Shown here piece by piece: positions 49,068 through 57,766 of a stretch of DNA of 64,000 bases. The position numbers were made by a program, and so were the translations under genes. The stretch comes from an uncultured delta proteobacterium (GTDB lineage: Bacteria; Desulfobacterota; Binatia; Binatales; Binataceae): the NCBI GenBank assembly GCA_963717045.1, contig CAVQVD010000010.1, positions 342,255 through 406,254 of the forward strand. The letters are read 5' to 3'. The notes under the pieces were generated by a model. The model was not told the origin of the DNA and searched no databases. It saw only the letters and a list, made by a program, of their open reading frames with translations. Each line of letters opens with the position of its first letter. The first letter of the stretch is position 1.

Positions 49068-50252
49068 CTATCCCTTGGGCAGGCCCAGCACGCGCTCGCC
49101 GATGATGTTGCGCTGAATCTCGCTCGATCCGGCCGCGATCGTCAGCCCGCGCGATGCCAGCATCCGGTAGAGCCATCGGCCTTCCGCGATCGCGAACGGC
49201 GCGTCGAGCTCGATCTGGCTATAAGCGCCGAGCAGTTCGGTCGCGAATCTGTTGATTGCAAGATTTATCTCTGTCGTCACGACCTTGACGATCGAGCTTT
49301 CCGGGCCCGGCGGCAGTCCCTTGAGCTGGCGTGTTAGCTGCCGCAGGTTGAGGAGCCGAAGCGCGCTGACCTCGCAGGCGAACTGCGCGATTTGCTGGCG
49401 AACGTCGTCGTCCTCCCACGCGGCGCGGCCGTCCCGCCGCACCGTTTTCGCCAAATCGACCAGCTCACCAATATTATTGTCTAGCCCGCGATAGCGCCGC
49501 TCGAACATCAGCGAGGTCAGCGCGACCAGCCATCCGTTGTTCTTCTCACCGACCACGTTCTTCTTCGGCACGCGCACGTCCTCGAAGAAGACTTCGTTAA
49601 AGCCGGTGTCGCGGGTCATCTGCGTGAGCGGGCGCACCGTGATGCCGGGACTGTGCATATCGACCAGCACGTAGCTGATTCCTTTATGCTTGGGCGCGTC
49701 GGGATCGGTGCGCACCAGCAGAAAACACATATCCGCGTGATGCGCGTCGGAAGTCCAGACCTTTTGCCCGTTAATAACGAAGTAGTCGCCGTCCTCGACT
49801 GCGCGGGTCTGCAGCGAAGCGAGGTCCGAGCCGGAGCCGGGTTCCGAGTAGCCCTGGCACCAGATTTCCTCCGCCGCGAGCATCGGGGGCATGTAACGCC
49901 GCCGCTGCTCCTCCGTGCCCCAGATCATCAGCGTCGGTCCGACCAGCCCGATGCCCTGGCCGTTGACCAGCACCGGGCCGCGCGCGCGCTCCAGTTCCTC
50001 CTGGTAGATCATCTGCTGGGTGAGTGTCGCGCCGCGCCCGCCGCACTCTTTCGGCCAATGCACTGCGACCCATCCAGCAGCGTGCATCTTCTTGTGCCAC
50101 GCCACGCGGCGTTCCCATTCTTCGCCGGCCTCGCTGTGCATGAACTCCAGCGCGAAGCGGTTGCGCCGCTCATCCCGCGGCAGATTCGCGTCGAGCCATG
50201 ACCGAAGTTCGGCGCGAAAGGCCTCGTCAGCCGAGCTCAGCTTGAAATCCAT
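49068..50252 (-). CDS. acyl-CoA dehydrogenase
   Basis: 394 aa with the ACAD N, middle and C domains. The C-terminus reads ...GSSEIQRNIIGERVLGLPKG. Confidence 0.85.
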   Translation of the reverse strand: MDFKLSSADEAFRAELRSWLDANLPRDERRNRFALEFMHSEAGEEWERRVAWHKKMHAAGWVAVHWPKECGGRGATLTQQMIYQEELERARGPVLVNGQGIGLVGPTLMIWGTEEQRRRYMPPMLAAEEIWCQGYSEPGSGSDLASLQTRAVEDGDYFVINGQKVWTSDAHHADMCFLLVRTDPDAPKHKGISYVLVDMHSPGITVRPLTQMTRDTGFNEVFFEDVRVPKKNVVGEKNNGWLVALTSLMFERRYRGLDNNIGELVDLAKTVRRDGRAAWEDDDVRQQIAQFACEVSALRLLNLRQLTRQLKGLPPGPESSIVKVVTTEINLAINRFATELLGAYSQIELDAPFAIAEGRWLYRMLASRGLTIAAGSSEIQRNIIGERVLGLPKG

Positions 50253-50285
50253 TTTTGTTATCGTTCTGCGGAGCCCATTTCGCGT

Positions 50286-51479
50286 TCAGCCCTTGGGCAG
50301 ACCGAGCACGCGTTCACCGATGATGTTGTGCTGGATTTCGCTGGTGCCGCCGGCGATCGTATACGCGCGCGCTCCCAGCATCCGGTAGCTCCAGACGCCG
50401 CGGCCGAGCGCGAAGGGCGCATTATGCTCGAACTGGCTATACGGCCCCAGCAGCTCCATCGCGAACTTCGCCATCCGCAGATGAAGCTCGCTCGCGCCGA
50501 GCTTCATCACCGAGCCTTCGGGTCCTGGCGGGCGTCCCTTGAGCCGGCGTGTGATCTGGCGATAGCCGGTGTACTTGAGCGCGGCCGCCTCGGCCGCAAA
50601 CTGGGCGATCCGCTGGCGCACGGCGGTATCATCCCATGCGCTCGCGCCGTCACGCGGGATCAATTGTGCGAGACGCGCGAGTTCCAGCACCTGATTGGTA
50701 TTCATGTTGGGGTCGCCGACGCCGGTGCGCTCGAACATCAGCGTTGTGATCGCGACCTGCCATCCGTGATTTTTCTCGCCCACGATATTTTTCTTCGGGA
50801 CGCGCACGTCCTCAAAAAAGACCTCGTTGAATCCTCGCTCGCCGGTAATCTGCGTCAACGGGCGGACCGTGATGCCTGGGCTGTGCATGTCGACCAGGAT
50901 GTAACTGATACCCTTGTGCTTCGGCGCGTCGGGATCGGTACGCACGAGCAGGATGCACATGTCGGCGTGATGGGCGTCGGAAGTCCAGACTTTCTGGCCG
51001 TTGACGACGAAGTAGTCGCCGTCCTCGACCGCGCGGGTCTGCAGCGAAGCGACGTCGGAGCCGGAGTTGGGCTCGGAGTAGCCCTGGCACCGAATCTCGT
51101 CGGCCGAGAGGATTTTAGGGACGTAGCGTTTTTTCTGTTCCTCGGTACCCCACTGGATGAGCGTCGGCCCGACCAGCATCGTGCCTAACTGGTTGACCAG
51201 CGCCGGCGCGTGCGCGCGGCTCATTTCCTCGCCATAAACGAGTTGCTGGGTGAGCGTGGCGCCGCGGCCGCCGTACTCTTTTGGCCAGCTTATCCCGACC
51301 CATCCGCCGCTGTGCATCTTCTTATGCCACGCCACGCGGCGGTCCCAGTGGCTCGCGCCCTGATCGGAGATGGAGTCTTCGGCGTGCTCGGTGCGGTCGC
51401 GGCGAGACAGATTGGCCTCGAGCCAGCTCCTCAACCCGGCGCGGAAATTCTCGTCCTCTGCGCTGAATTTGAAATCCAT
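50286..51479 (-). CDS. acyl-CoA dehydrogenase (paralog)
   Basis: 397 aa, collinear with the 49068-50252 protein and close in sequence (...GTSEIQHNIIGERVLGLPKG). Confidence 0.85.
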   Translation of the reverse strand: MDFKFSAEDENFRAGLRSWLEANLSRRDRTEHAEDSISDQGASHWDRRVAWHKKMHSGGWVGISWPKEYGGRGATLTQQLVYGEEMSRAHAPALVNQLGTMLVGPTLIQWGTEEQKKRYVPKILSADEIRCQGYSEPNSGSDVASLQTRAVEDGDYFVVNGQKVWTSDAHHADMCILLVRTDPDAPKHKGISYILVDMHSPGITVRPLTQITGERGFNEVFFEDVRVPKKNIVGEKNHGWQVAITTLMFERTGVGDPNMNTNQVLELARLAQLIPRDGASAWDDTAVRQRIAQFAAEAAALKYTGYRQITRRLKGRPPGPEGSVMKLGASELHLRMAKFAMELLGPYSQFEHNAPFALGRGVWSYRMLGARAYTIAGGTSEIQHNIIGERVLGLPKG

Positions 51480-51562
51480 AATTCCTCGCTATCCGATGCG
51501 CAGAAATCTTCGCACAGATTCATCCGCCGGTGCAAAAAGGGGCTCCAGGCCCACGCGATCGC

Positions 51563-53008
51563 TCAAGCGTGGCCGCGAAGGCTTAGCACCAGCATCCGCG
51601 GCTCGGTCATCGATTCCATCGCCCAGCGCACGCCTTCACGTCCCAGCCCCGAACCTTTCACGCCGCCGAACGGATAGGTGTCTACGCGGAACACGCCGGT
51701 GTCGCCGACGATCACCGCGCCCGCCTCGATCTCGCGAAACGCCATGAACGCGTGTTCGAGTTTGGGAGTGAAGACGCCGGACTGCAGGCCGTAAGGAGAA
51801 TCGTTGGTCGCCGCGATTCCTTCGGCGAACGAATTGATCGGTTCGACCGTCGCGACCGGTCCAAAAATTTCCTCGCACCAGACGCGCAAGCGATGAAGCT
51901 TCGGGTCGGAAAGCTCGACCAGCGTCGGCGCTATAACGTTGCCCTCGCGCCGGTCGCCGGTGAGGATTCCGGCGCCAGCCTTCTTGGCCTCGTCAATCCA
52001 TGCCATCACGCGGTCGGCCGCCGCGCTCGAAATCAGCGGGCCGACCACCGTGCGCTCGTCCATCGGATCGCCGACGCCGAGCCGCTCGGTCGCATCCACC
52101 AGGTGCTTCAGGAAGGCGAAGTAAACGTTGCGATGAACGAAGATGCGCTGGACCGAGAGGCAGACCTGGCCGGCGTGCACGAACGCGCCGCGCGCGGTGC
52201 GTGCCGCTGCGTATTCGAGATCGGCGCCGTCGTCGACGATGAGGCCGCCGTTGCCGCCCAGTTCCAGCGCCACACGCTTGGTCCCGGCCATGGCCTTAAG
52301 CGTCCATCCGACTTTCGCGCTGCCGGTGAAACTCACCATTTTGATCCGTTCGTCGAGTGCGAGGCGCTCGGCAACCGGCGGGTCGGCCGAGATGACGTTG
52401 AGCCCACCCTTGGGCAATCCCGCGTCGGTGGCGAGTTCGGCCAGCATCAGGGCTGGACCCGGACATTGCGGTGGCGGCTTGACGACCATCGTGTTGCCGG
52501 TCGCGATCGCCGGGGCGACTTTATGCGTGACCAGGTTGAGCGGAAAGTTGAACGGCGCGATCGCGGAGATGGGCCCAATGGGGAAGCGTTCGACGATTCC
52601 GACCGAACCCGAGTTCGCGGCTTCGAAGTCGATCGGCTCCGCGCTTTGCCCGAAGCGTTTTACTTCCTCGGCAGCGAGCGCGAGGACCCCGATAGTGCGC
52701 CCGACCTCGGCGCGCGCATAATCGATCGGCTTGCCGGTGCCGAGCGTGATAGCGCGTTCGAAGTCGCTCCGCCGCTCGGCCACGCCGCGGCTCATCGCGC
52801 CGAGAATGTCGGCGCGCCGCGCGCGAGGAAGCCGGCGGGTTTCGTCATAGGCGCGCGCCGCACCCGCGATCGCCGCGTCGATCTCGGGCTCCCCGGCCCG
52901 CGCGACCGTGCCGACGACTTCGCCGTTGAAGGGATAGCGTAGTTCGTAATGGTCGGAGGTATCGACCGCCTGGCCGTCGATGAAGAGCCGATATGTCGGA
53001 ACCGTCAT
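51563..53008 (-). CDS. NAD(P)-dependent aldehyde dehydrogenase
   Basis: 481 aa. LELGGNGGLIV and the catalytic-Cys context GQVCLSVQRIFV are present. Confidence 0.85.
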   Translation of the reverse strand: MTVPTYRLFIDGQAVDTSDHYELRYPFNGEVVGTVARAGEPEIDAAIAGAARAYDETRRLPRARRADILGAMSRGVAERRSDFERAITLGTGKPIDYARAEVGRTIGVLALAAEEVKRFGQSAEPIDFEAANSGSVGIVERFPIGPISAIAPFNFPLNLVTHKVAPAIATGNTMVVKPPPQCPGPALMLAELATDAGLPKGGLNVISADPPVAERLALDERIKMVSFTGSAKVGWTLKAMAGTKRVALELGGNGGLIVDDGADLEYAAARTARGAFVHAGQVCLSVQRIFVHRNVYFAFLKHLVDATERLGVGDPMDERTVVGPLISSAAADRVMAWIDEAKKAGAGILTGDRREGNVIAPTLVELSDPKLHRLRVWCEEIFGPVATVEPINSFAEGIAATNDSPYGLQSGVFTPKLEHAFMAFREIEAGAVIVGDTGVFRVDTYPFGGVKGSGLGREGVRWAMESMTEPRMLVLSLRGHA

Positions 53009-53126
53009 GGCAAGGACCTCCTGCCGCGGGCTCTTTGCAGCGCTTCATTTATCGCGCACTTGGACGCGGCAAAAAAGACCGCCTATGAGGCTCGCCGCCT
53101 GCACTCCGCGCCGCACGCCTATCTGG

Positions 53127-53546
53127 TCAACGCCAAACCGCGGCCCGCATCACGTCGAAGTGATGATCGTAAGTCCAGACCTTAAGACCCAGGCGACTTG
53201 CCAGCACGGCAACCGCCGCGTCAAAGAGGGTTATTTCCTGATCGGTGAAAGCCTGCACTTTTCTTGCCGCGTCACGATAGTCCTCCGGGGTGGGATTCAC
53301 GAACGCCGCACCGGTTAAAACTTCGTCCAACCAGGTCTCGGCTATTGCCCTGCCGAGCCGATAGAGCAAAAGAGTGTAAGACTCCAGGAGCGTGGGGTAA
53401 GCAATGACCAGCTCGTGCCGATCCCGAACAAGGCGCTTGAGTTCACGTTGCGCCCGCCGATGATATTGGTCGTCCGGGTCCACCGCAGCGTACAACGGAC
53501 CCGTGTCCGCAATCACGGCCTGTCTCATTTTGCCGCAAGATATCAA
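53127..53546 (-). CDS. vapC: PIN-domain toxin VapC
   Basis: The N-terminal IADTGPLYAAVDPDD (PIN acidic residue) is present. The ATG overlaps the antitoxin stop (ATGA). Confidence 0.7.
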   Translation of the reverse strand: MISCGKMRQAVIADTGPLYAAVDPDDQYHRRAQRELKRLVRDRHELVIAYPTLLESYTLLLYRLGRAIAETWLDEVLTGAAFVNPTPEDYRDAARKVQAFTDQEITLFDAAVAVLASRLGLKVWTYDHHFDVMRAAVWR

Positions 53547-53761
53547 TCGTGTCCGCGGCTGACATCGCGGCGGCCACTACCCTTGCGCGCTGGAGTGATC
53601 CGCAGTGGTCCGGACGAGCGCAGGTAGCCGCGGTCGGTGAGATACTGACGCAAGGCCGCCTGAACCACTGCCGTCAGAGGGGGGCGAGCATCGTGAGCCT
53701 CAACGTATCTCTCGACGGCCTCCTCGAGATCGTCAGATAAGGTGATGGTTGCTCTCTTCAC
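53543..53761 (-). CDS. vapB: RHH/CopG-type antitoxin VapB
   Basis: The GTG start gives VKRATITLSDDLEEAVERYVEAHDARP, a ribbon-helix-helix N-terminus. Confidence 0.6.
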   Translation of the reverse strand: MKRATITLSDDLEEAVERYVEAHDARPPLTAVVQAALRQYLTDRGYLRSSGPLRITPARKGSGRRDVSRGHD

Positions 53762-53982
53762 AGGGCCGAGACTAACACCAAATGGTGTCAATGGTGAAGA
53801 TGGTGCATTTCTCCGTTCGTGTTCATTTATCGCGCACTTGGGACAAGCTAATTGGCATGCGTATAGAAGGAGAACCAGAACGAGGAAGCGCCGCGGCAAG
53901 AACGGCGTCCGGCGCTCCCTCGCTCGACCCCGACCTCGATCCTCCCCCTAGACAATCGGAGGAGGAGTGCCTCTGCGCCCCT

Positions 53983-54525
53983 TTACAGCGGGCAGGTCTT
54001 TCCGATCTCCAGACCGAGCGCATGAATCAAGCGGCCATAGCCGACGAAGGTCACTATCCTGAAGCCCAGGTCGACGATTTCGCCCTCGGTGAAATGCGCG
54101 CGCAAGACATCGAATGTCTGCTGCGATGCCTGCCGATGATCGCCCGCGAGTATCGCGGCGAACCGAATCGCCGCCTTCTCCTGGTTCGTCAATTTCCGGC
54201 TGTTTTCAAAATCGGGTAGCTCGGCGATCAGTTCTTCGGTCAGTCCTTGTTGCCTTGCCAAGGCAAACCGGGCGCCCATTCACAAGGCGCACTCGTTTTT
54301 TTCCGCCACCTTAAGCCGGGCGAGCTCGGTCAGTTTCATGTTGACCGACCCGCGCGTGGTGCTGACCAGCGGGAAGTAAAATTTGATGAAGTCTTTGAAG
54401 ACTTCCGGTGCGTGGGCCAGAACCTGAACGAATCCGGAGCCGCCGAGCTCCACGTCATACTCGTGCATGACCGCCTGCAGTTCCGGGTCGACTTTGTCGA
54501 ATGGGATTGAACTGAGCCGTGCCAT
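53983..54525 (-). CDS. AhpD/carboxymuconolactone-decarboxylase family protein with in-frame TGA (candidate selenocysteine, CxxU)
   Basis: Two in-frame ORFs (81 aa and 98 aa) are separated only by the TGA at 54280-54282. The combined sequence LKVAEKNECAL-U-MGARFALARQQGLTEELIAEL aligns to the AhpD-core motif L-R-V-S-Q-x-N-G-C-x-Y-C-x-x-x-H...A-L. The TGA falls on the second Cys. Confidence 0.6.
54250..54266 (-). other. candidate SECIS-like hairpin 14 nt downstream of the in-frame UGA
   Basis: The mRNA reads UGA AUGGGCGCCCGGU UUGCCUUG-G-CAAGGCAA. This is a 17-nt perfect palindrome, giving a 6-7 bp stem with a G-rich apical loop. Confidence 0.3.
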
Positions 54526-54601
54526 CGGGGGTCCTCCATTGCGCGGAAGCGGTATGTTTTGCCTGACTTTATATCACGGGTCGGGAAAATGGTCGCTCTG
54601 T

Positions 54602-57600
54602 TCAGGAGGCGGCGCGACGGCGCGGAGGTTCTTCATCGGTCCGTTTGCCATCGCCCGGCAGACGTGGCTCCACTTCCGCGGAAACCGCGCGATGCCCACG
54701 GCGCGAGGTTATCCAGTCGTGGAAGGACTCCATGTAGGTATAGATGACGGGCGTGATGTACAGCGTGAGAAGTTGCGAGAAAAACAATCCGCCTACGACC
54801 GCGACGCCCAGCGGCCGGCGGGAGTCGGCGCCCGCGCCCATCCCGAGCGCAATGGGCAGCGTGCCCATCAACGCCGACATGGTGGTCATCATGATCGGAC
54901 GGAAGCGGATGATGCTGCCTTCGAAGATCGCCTCGGCGGGGCTCTTGCCCTCGGTGCGCTGAGCGTCGAGCGCAAAGTCGATCATCATGATCGCGTTTTT
55001 CTTGACGAGGCCCACCAGCATGATGATGCCGACGAAGGCCAGCAGGTCGAGCTCCATGTGAAAAATCATCAACGTGAGCAGTGCGCCGAACCCGGCCGCC
55101 GGCAGCCCCGACAGAATGGTTACCGGATGGATGAAGCTTTCGTAGAGCACGCCCAACACGATGTAGATGACGAGGATCGCCATTACCAGCAGGATTCCGA
55201 GATTGCGCATCGAGGACTGGAATTCCTCGGCGGTTCCCTGGAAGGCGGTGCTTATGCTGGCCGGCACGGTGTCGTTGGAGAGTTGTTTCACGTCATCCAG
55301 CGCCTTGCCGAGCGAGACTCCGGGCGCGACGTTGAATGAGATGGTGACCGCAGTGAACTGTCCGGAGTGGTTGATCGCGAGCGGCCCGAGCGTGCGCTGA
55401 AGGCGCGCAATAGTGTCGAGCGGCACCAGTCGTCCGCTCTGCGAACGTACGTACAGCAGCGCGAGCGTCGCCGGGTTGGCCTGATACTGCGGCTCGACTT
55501 CCAGGATCACATGGTATTCGTCGTTGGGCGCGTAGATGGTCGAGATCTGGCGCTCGCCGTAAGCGCTGTCGAGTGCGTCTTCAATCGATTGGGCCGAGAT
55601 GCCAAGCGAGTGTGCCTTGTCCCGGTCGATTACCACGTTGACCTGCGGGTTGGAGATCTGAAGGTCGCTGGTCACGTCCGTCAGCTCGCCCATCGCACGC
55701 ATCTTGCGCTCGAGGATTTGCGCGTACTTGTAGAGCTCGGTGCTGTTGGGGCTCTGCAGCGCGAGCTGGTAGGTGGCCTCGGTGAACTTGGCGCCGATCT
55801 GGATCGGCGGTGGGTTCTGCAGAAATGCGATGATGCCTGGAACGGCGGAGAGCTGGGGCCGCAGCTCGTCCATGATCTGGTCGACGTTCAGCTTGCGCTC
55901 GCTGCGCGGCTTGAGACGCGCGAACAGGATGCCGGTGTTGCCGCCCCCGCTGAAGCCGGTCGCGCCGGCGCTGGAGAAGTAAGTCGTGACGTTGGGATCG
56001 CGCCGGATGATCTCGGCGATCGCCTCTTGATGCTTGACCATCGCGTCGTACGAAATACCCTGCGCCGCCTTGGTGAACAGCAGCACCTGGTCCTGGTCCT
56101 CGCTCGGCAGGAAGCCCTTGGGGATCACCGCGAGCAGGTAAAGCGTCGCCACCAGCAATCCGATCGCCAACGCGAGCGTGGCACGCCGGTAGGTCATCAC
56201 GACGGTCAGGCTGCGCCGATAGGCTTCGAGCATCCGGTCGAACCCGCGCTCAGTCGCCATGTAGAGGCGGCCGTGGCGCTCGCTGCCGGGCGGGCGCAGA
56301 AAGCGGCTGCACAGCATCGGGGTGAGACTCAGCGAAACGAAGCCCGAGACCAGGATGGCGCTCGCGATCGTCACGGCGAACTCATGCAGCAGCCGCCCCA
56401 TGATCCCGCCGAGGAAGAGCACCGGGATGAAAACCGCGGCGAGCGAGAAGGTCATCGAGAGGATCGTGAACGCGATCTCGCGCGAGCCGTCCAGCGCCGC
56501 CTCCATCACGCCCTTGCCCATCTCCATATGGCGCACGATGTTCTCGAGCATCACGATCGCGTCGTCGACCACGAAGCCGACCGAGAGCGTGATCGCGAGC
56601 AGCGAGAGATTGTCGACCGTATAGCCGAGCGCCCACATCACCCCGAAGGTGCCGATGATCGACATCGGCAGCGCGGCGCTTGGAATAATGGTGGCGGAGA
56701 TGTTGCGCAGGAACAGGAAGATCACCATCACCACCAGGAACACGGTCAACAGCAACGTGAACTGCACGTCGCTAACCGAGGCCTGGATCGAATCCGCGCG
56801 CGAGTAGAGATTCGTGATGCTGACCGAGGCCGGCAGCTCGGCGCGGAAAGCCGGCAGGATCCTGTCGATCGCGTTGACCACCTCGACCGTGTTGGTGCCC
56901 GGCTGACGCTGGATCGCGAGCACCACCGCGCGTTGGTTCCCGACCCATCCTGCCACCTTGTCGTTCTCGACACTGTCGAGCACCGTGCCCACTTCTTCCA
57001 GCCGCACCGGCGCACCGTTTTTGTAGGCCACGATAATCGGTCGGTAGGCAGCGGCGTCGGTGAGCTGGCCGTTGGCCTGCACGGTGAAGGCCTCATGCGA
57101 ACCGTAGAGCGTGCCGGTGGGCAGGTTGACGTTGGCGTTTTCGATAGCCAGGGCGACTTCGTCGATACCGATGCCGCGGTAGGCCAACGCTTGCGGATCG
57201 ATCTGGATGCGCACCGCGTATTTCTGCGAGCCGTACACCACAACCTGCGCGACGCCGCTAATCATCGAGATGCGTTCGGCGAGATAGGTCTCGGCATACT
57301 CGTCGACCTGCGAAAGCGGCAGGGTCGGTGAGCTCAGCCCCAAATAAAGCACCGGCTTGTCGGCCGGGTTGACCTTCTCGTACGACGGCGGACTCGGCAT
57401 CCCTTGAGGCAACCGGGAGAGGGCGGCGGTGATCGCCGCCTGCACGTCCTGGGCGGCGGCGTCGATATTGCGGTCGAGTGCGAATTCGAGCGTGATACTG
57501 GTGAGGCCCTGCATGCTGGTCGAGGACATCTGATCGAGGCCGGCGATGGTCGAGAACTGCCGCTCCAGAGGGGTCGCGATCGACGACGCCATCGTCTCAG

Positions 57601-57766
57601 GGCTCGCGCCGGGCAACGAGGCGGTCACCAGGAGGGTGGGAAAATCAACGTTGGGTAGATCGCTCACCGGCAGCATCCGGTAAGCCATCAGGCCGAAAAA
57701 GACGATCGCCAGCGAAATCAGCGTCGTCATCACCGGGCGGCGGATGAAACCCTCGGCCAGGTTCAC
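54602..57766 (-). CDS. RND efflux transporter permease (AcrB/HAE1 family)
   Basis: 1054 aa with 12 TM helices and two large periplasmic loops. Confidence 0.9.
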   Translation of the reverse strand: MNLAEGFIRRPVMTTLISLAIVFFGLMAYRMLPVSDLPNVDFPTLLVTASLPGASPETMASSIATPLERQFSTIAGLDQMSSTSMQGLTSITLEFALDRNIDAAAQDVQAAITAALSRLPQGMPSPPSYEKVNPADKPVLYLGLSSPTLPLSQVDEYAETYLAERISMISGVAQVVVYGSQKYAVRIQIDPQALAYRGIGIDEVALAIENANVNLPTGTLYGSHEAFTVQANGQLTDAAAYRPIIVAYKNGAPVRLEEVGTVLDSVENDKVAGWVGNQRAVVLAIQRQPGTNTVEVVNAIDRILPAFRAELPASVSITNLYSRADSIQASVSDVQFTLLLTVFLVVMVIFLFLRNISATIIPSAALPMSIIGTFGVMWALGYTVDNLSLLAITLSVGFVVDDAIVMLENIVRHMEMGKGVMEAALDGSREIAFTILSMTFSLAAVFIPVLFLGGIMGRLLHEFAVTIASAILVSGFVSLSLTPMLCSRFLRPPGSERHGRLYMATERGFDRMLEAYRRSLTVVMTYRRATLALAIGLLVATLYLLAVIPKGFLPSEDQDQVLLFTKAAQGISYDAMVKHQEAIAEIIRRDPNVTTYFSSAGATGFSGGGNTGILFARLKPRSERKLNVDQIMDELRPQLSAVPGIIAFLQNPPPIQIGAKFTEATYQLALQSPNSTELYKYAQILERKMRAMGELTDVTSDLQISNPQVNVVIDRDKAHSLGISAQSIEDALDSAYGERQISTIYAPNDEYHVILEVEPQYQANPATLALLYVRSQSGRLVPLDTIARLQRTLGPLAINHSGQFTAVTISFNVAPGVSLGKALDDVKQLSNDTVPASISTAFQGTAEEFQSSMRNLGILLVMAILVIYIVLGVLYESFIHPVTILSGLPAAGFGALLTLMIFHMELDLLAFVGIIMLVGLVKKNAIMMIDFALDAQRTEGKSPAEAIFEGSIIRFRPIMMTTMSALMGTLPIALGMGAGADSRRPLGVAVVGGLFFSQLLTLYITPVIYTYMESFHDWITSRRGHRAVSAEVEPRLPGDGKRTDEEPPRRRAAS

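Noticed and set aside
53983-54525. Treating 54280..54525 and 53983..54279 as two independent small genes or as a nonsense-mutated pseudogene
   Set aside because: The two are in one frame with no gap other than the TGA. Neither half is a complete CMD domain, and the TGA aligns to the catalytic Cys. Selenocysteine recoding is the more economical reading.
55367-57331. 654-aa plus-strand ORF antisense to the RND permease
   Set aside because: It is an Arg/His/Asp-rich low-complexity antisense frame. The minus-strand AcrB-family gene is unambiguous.
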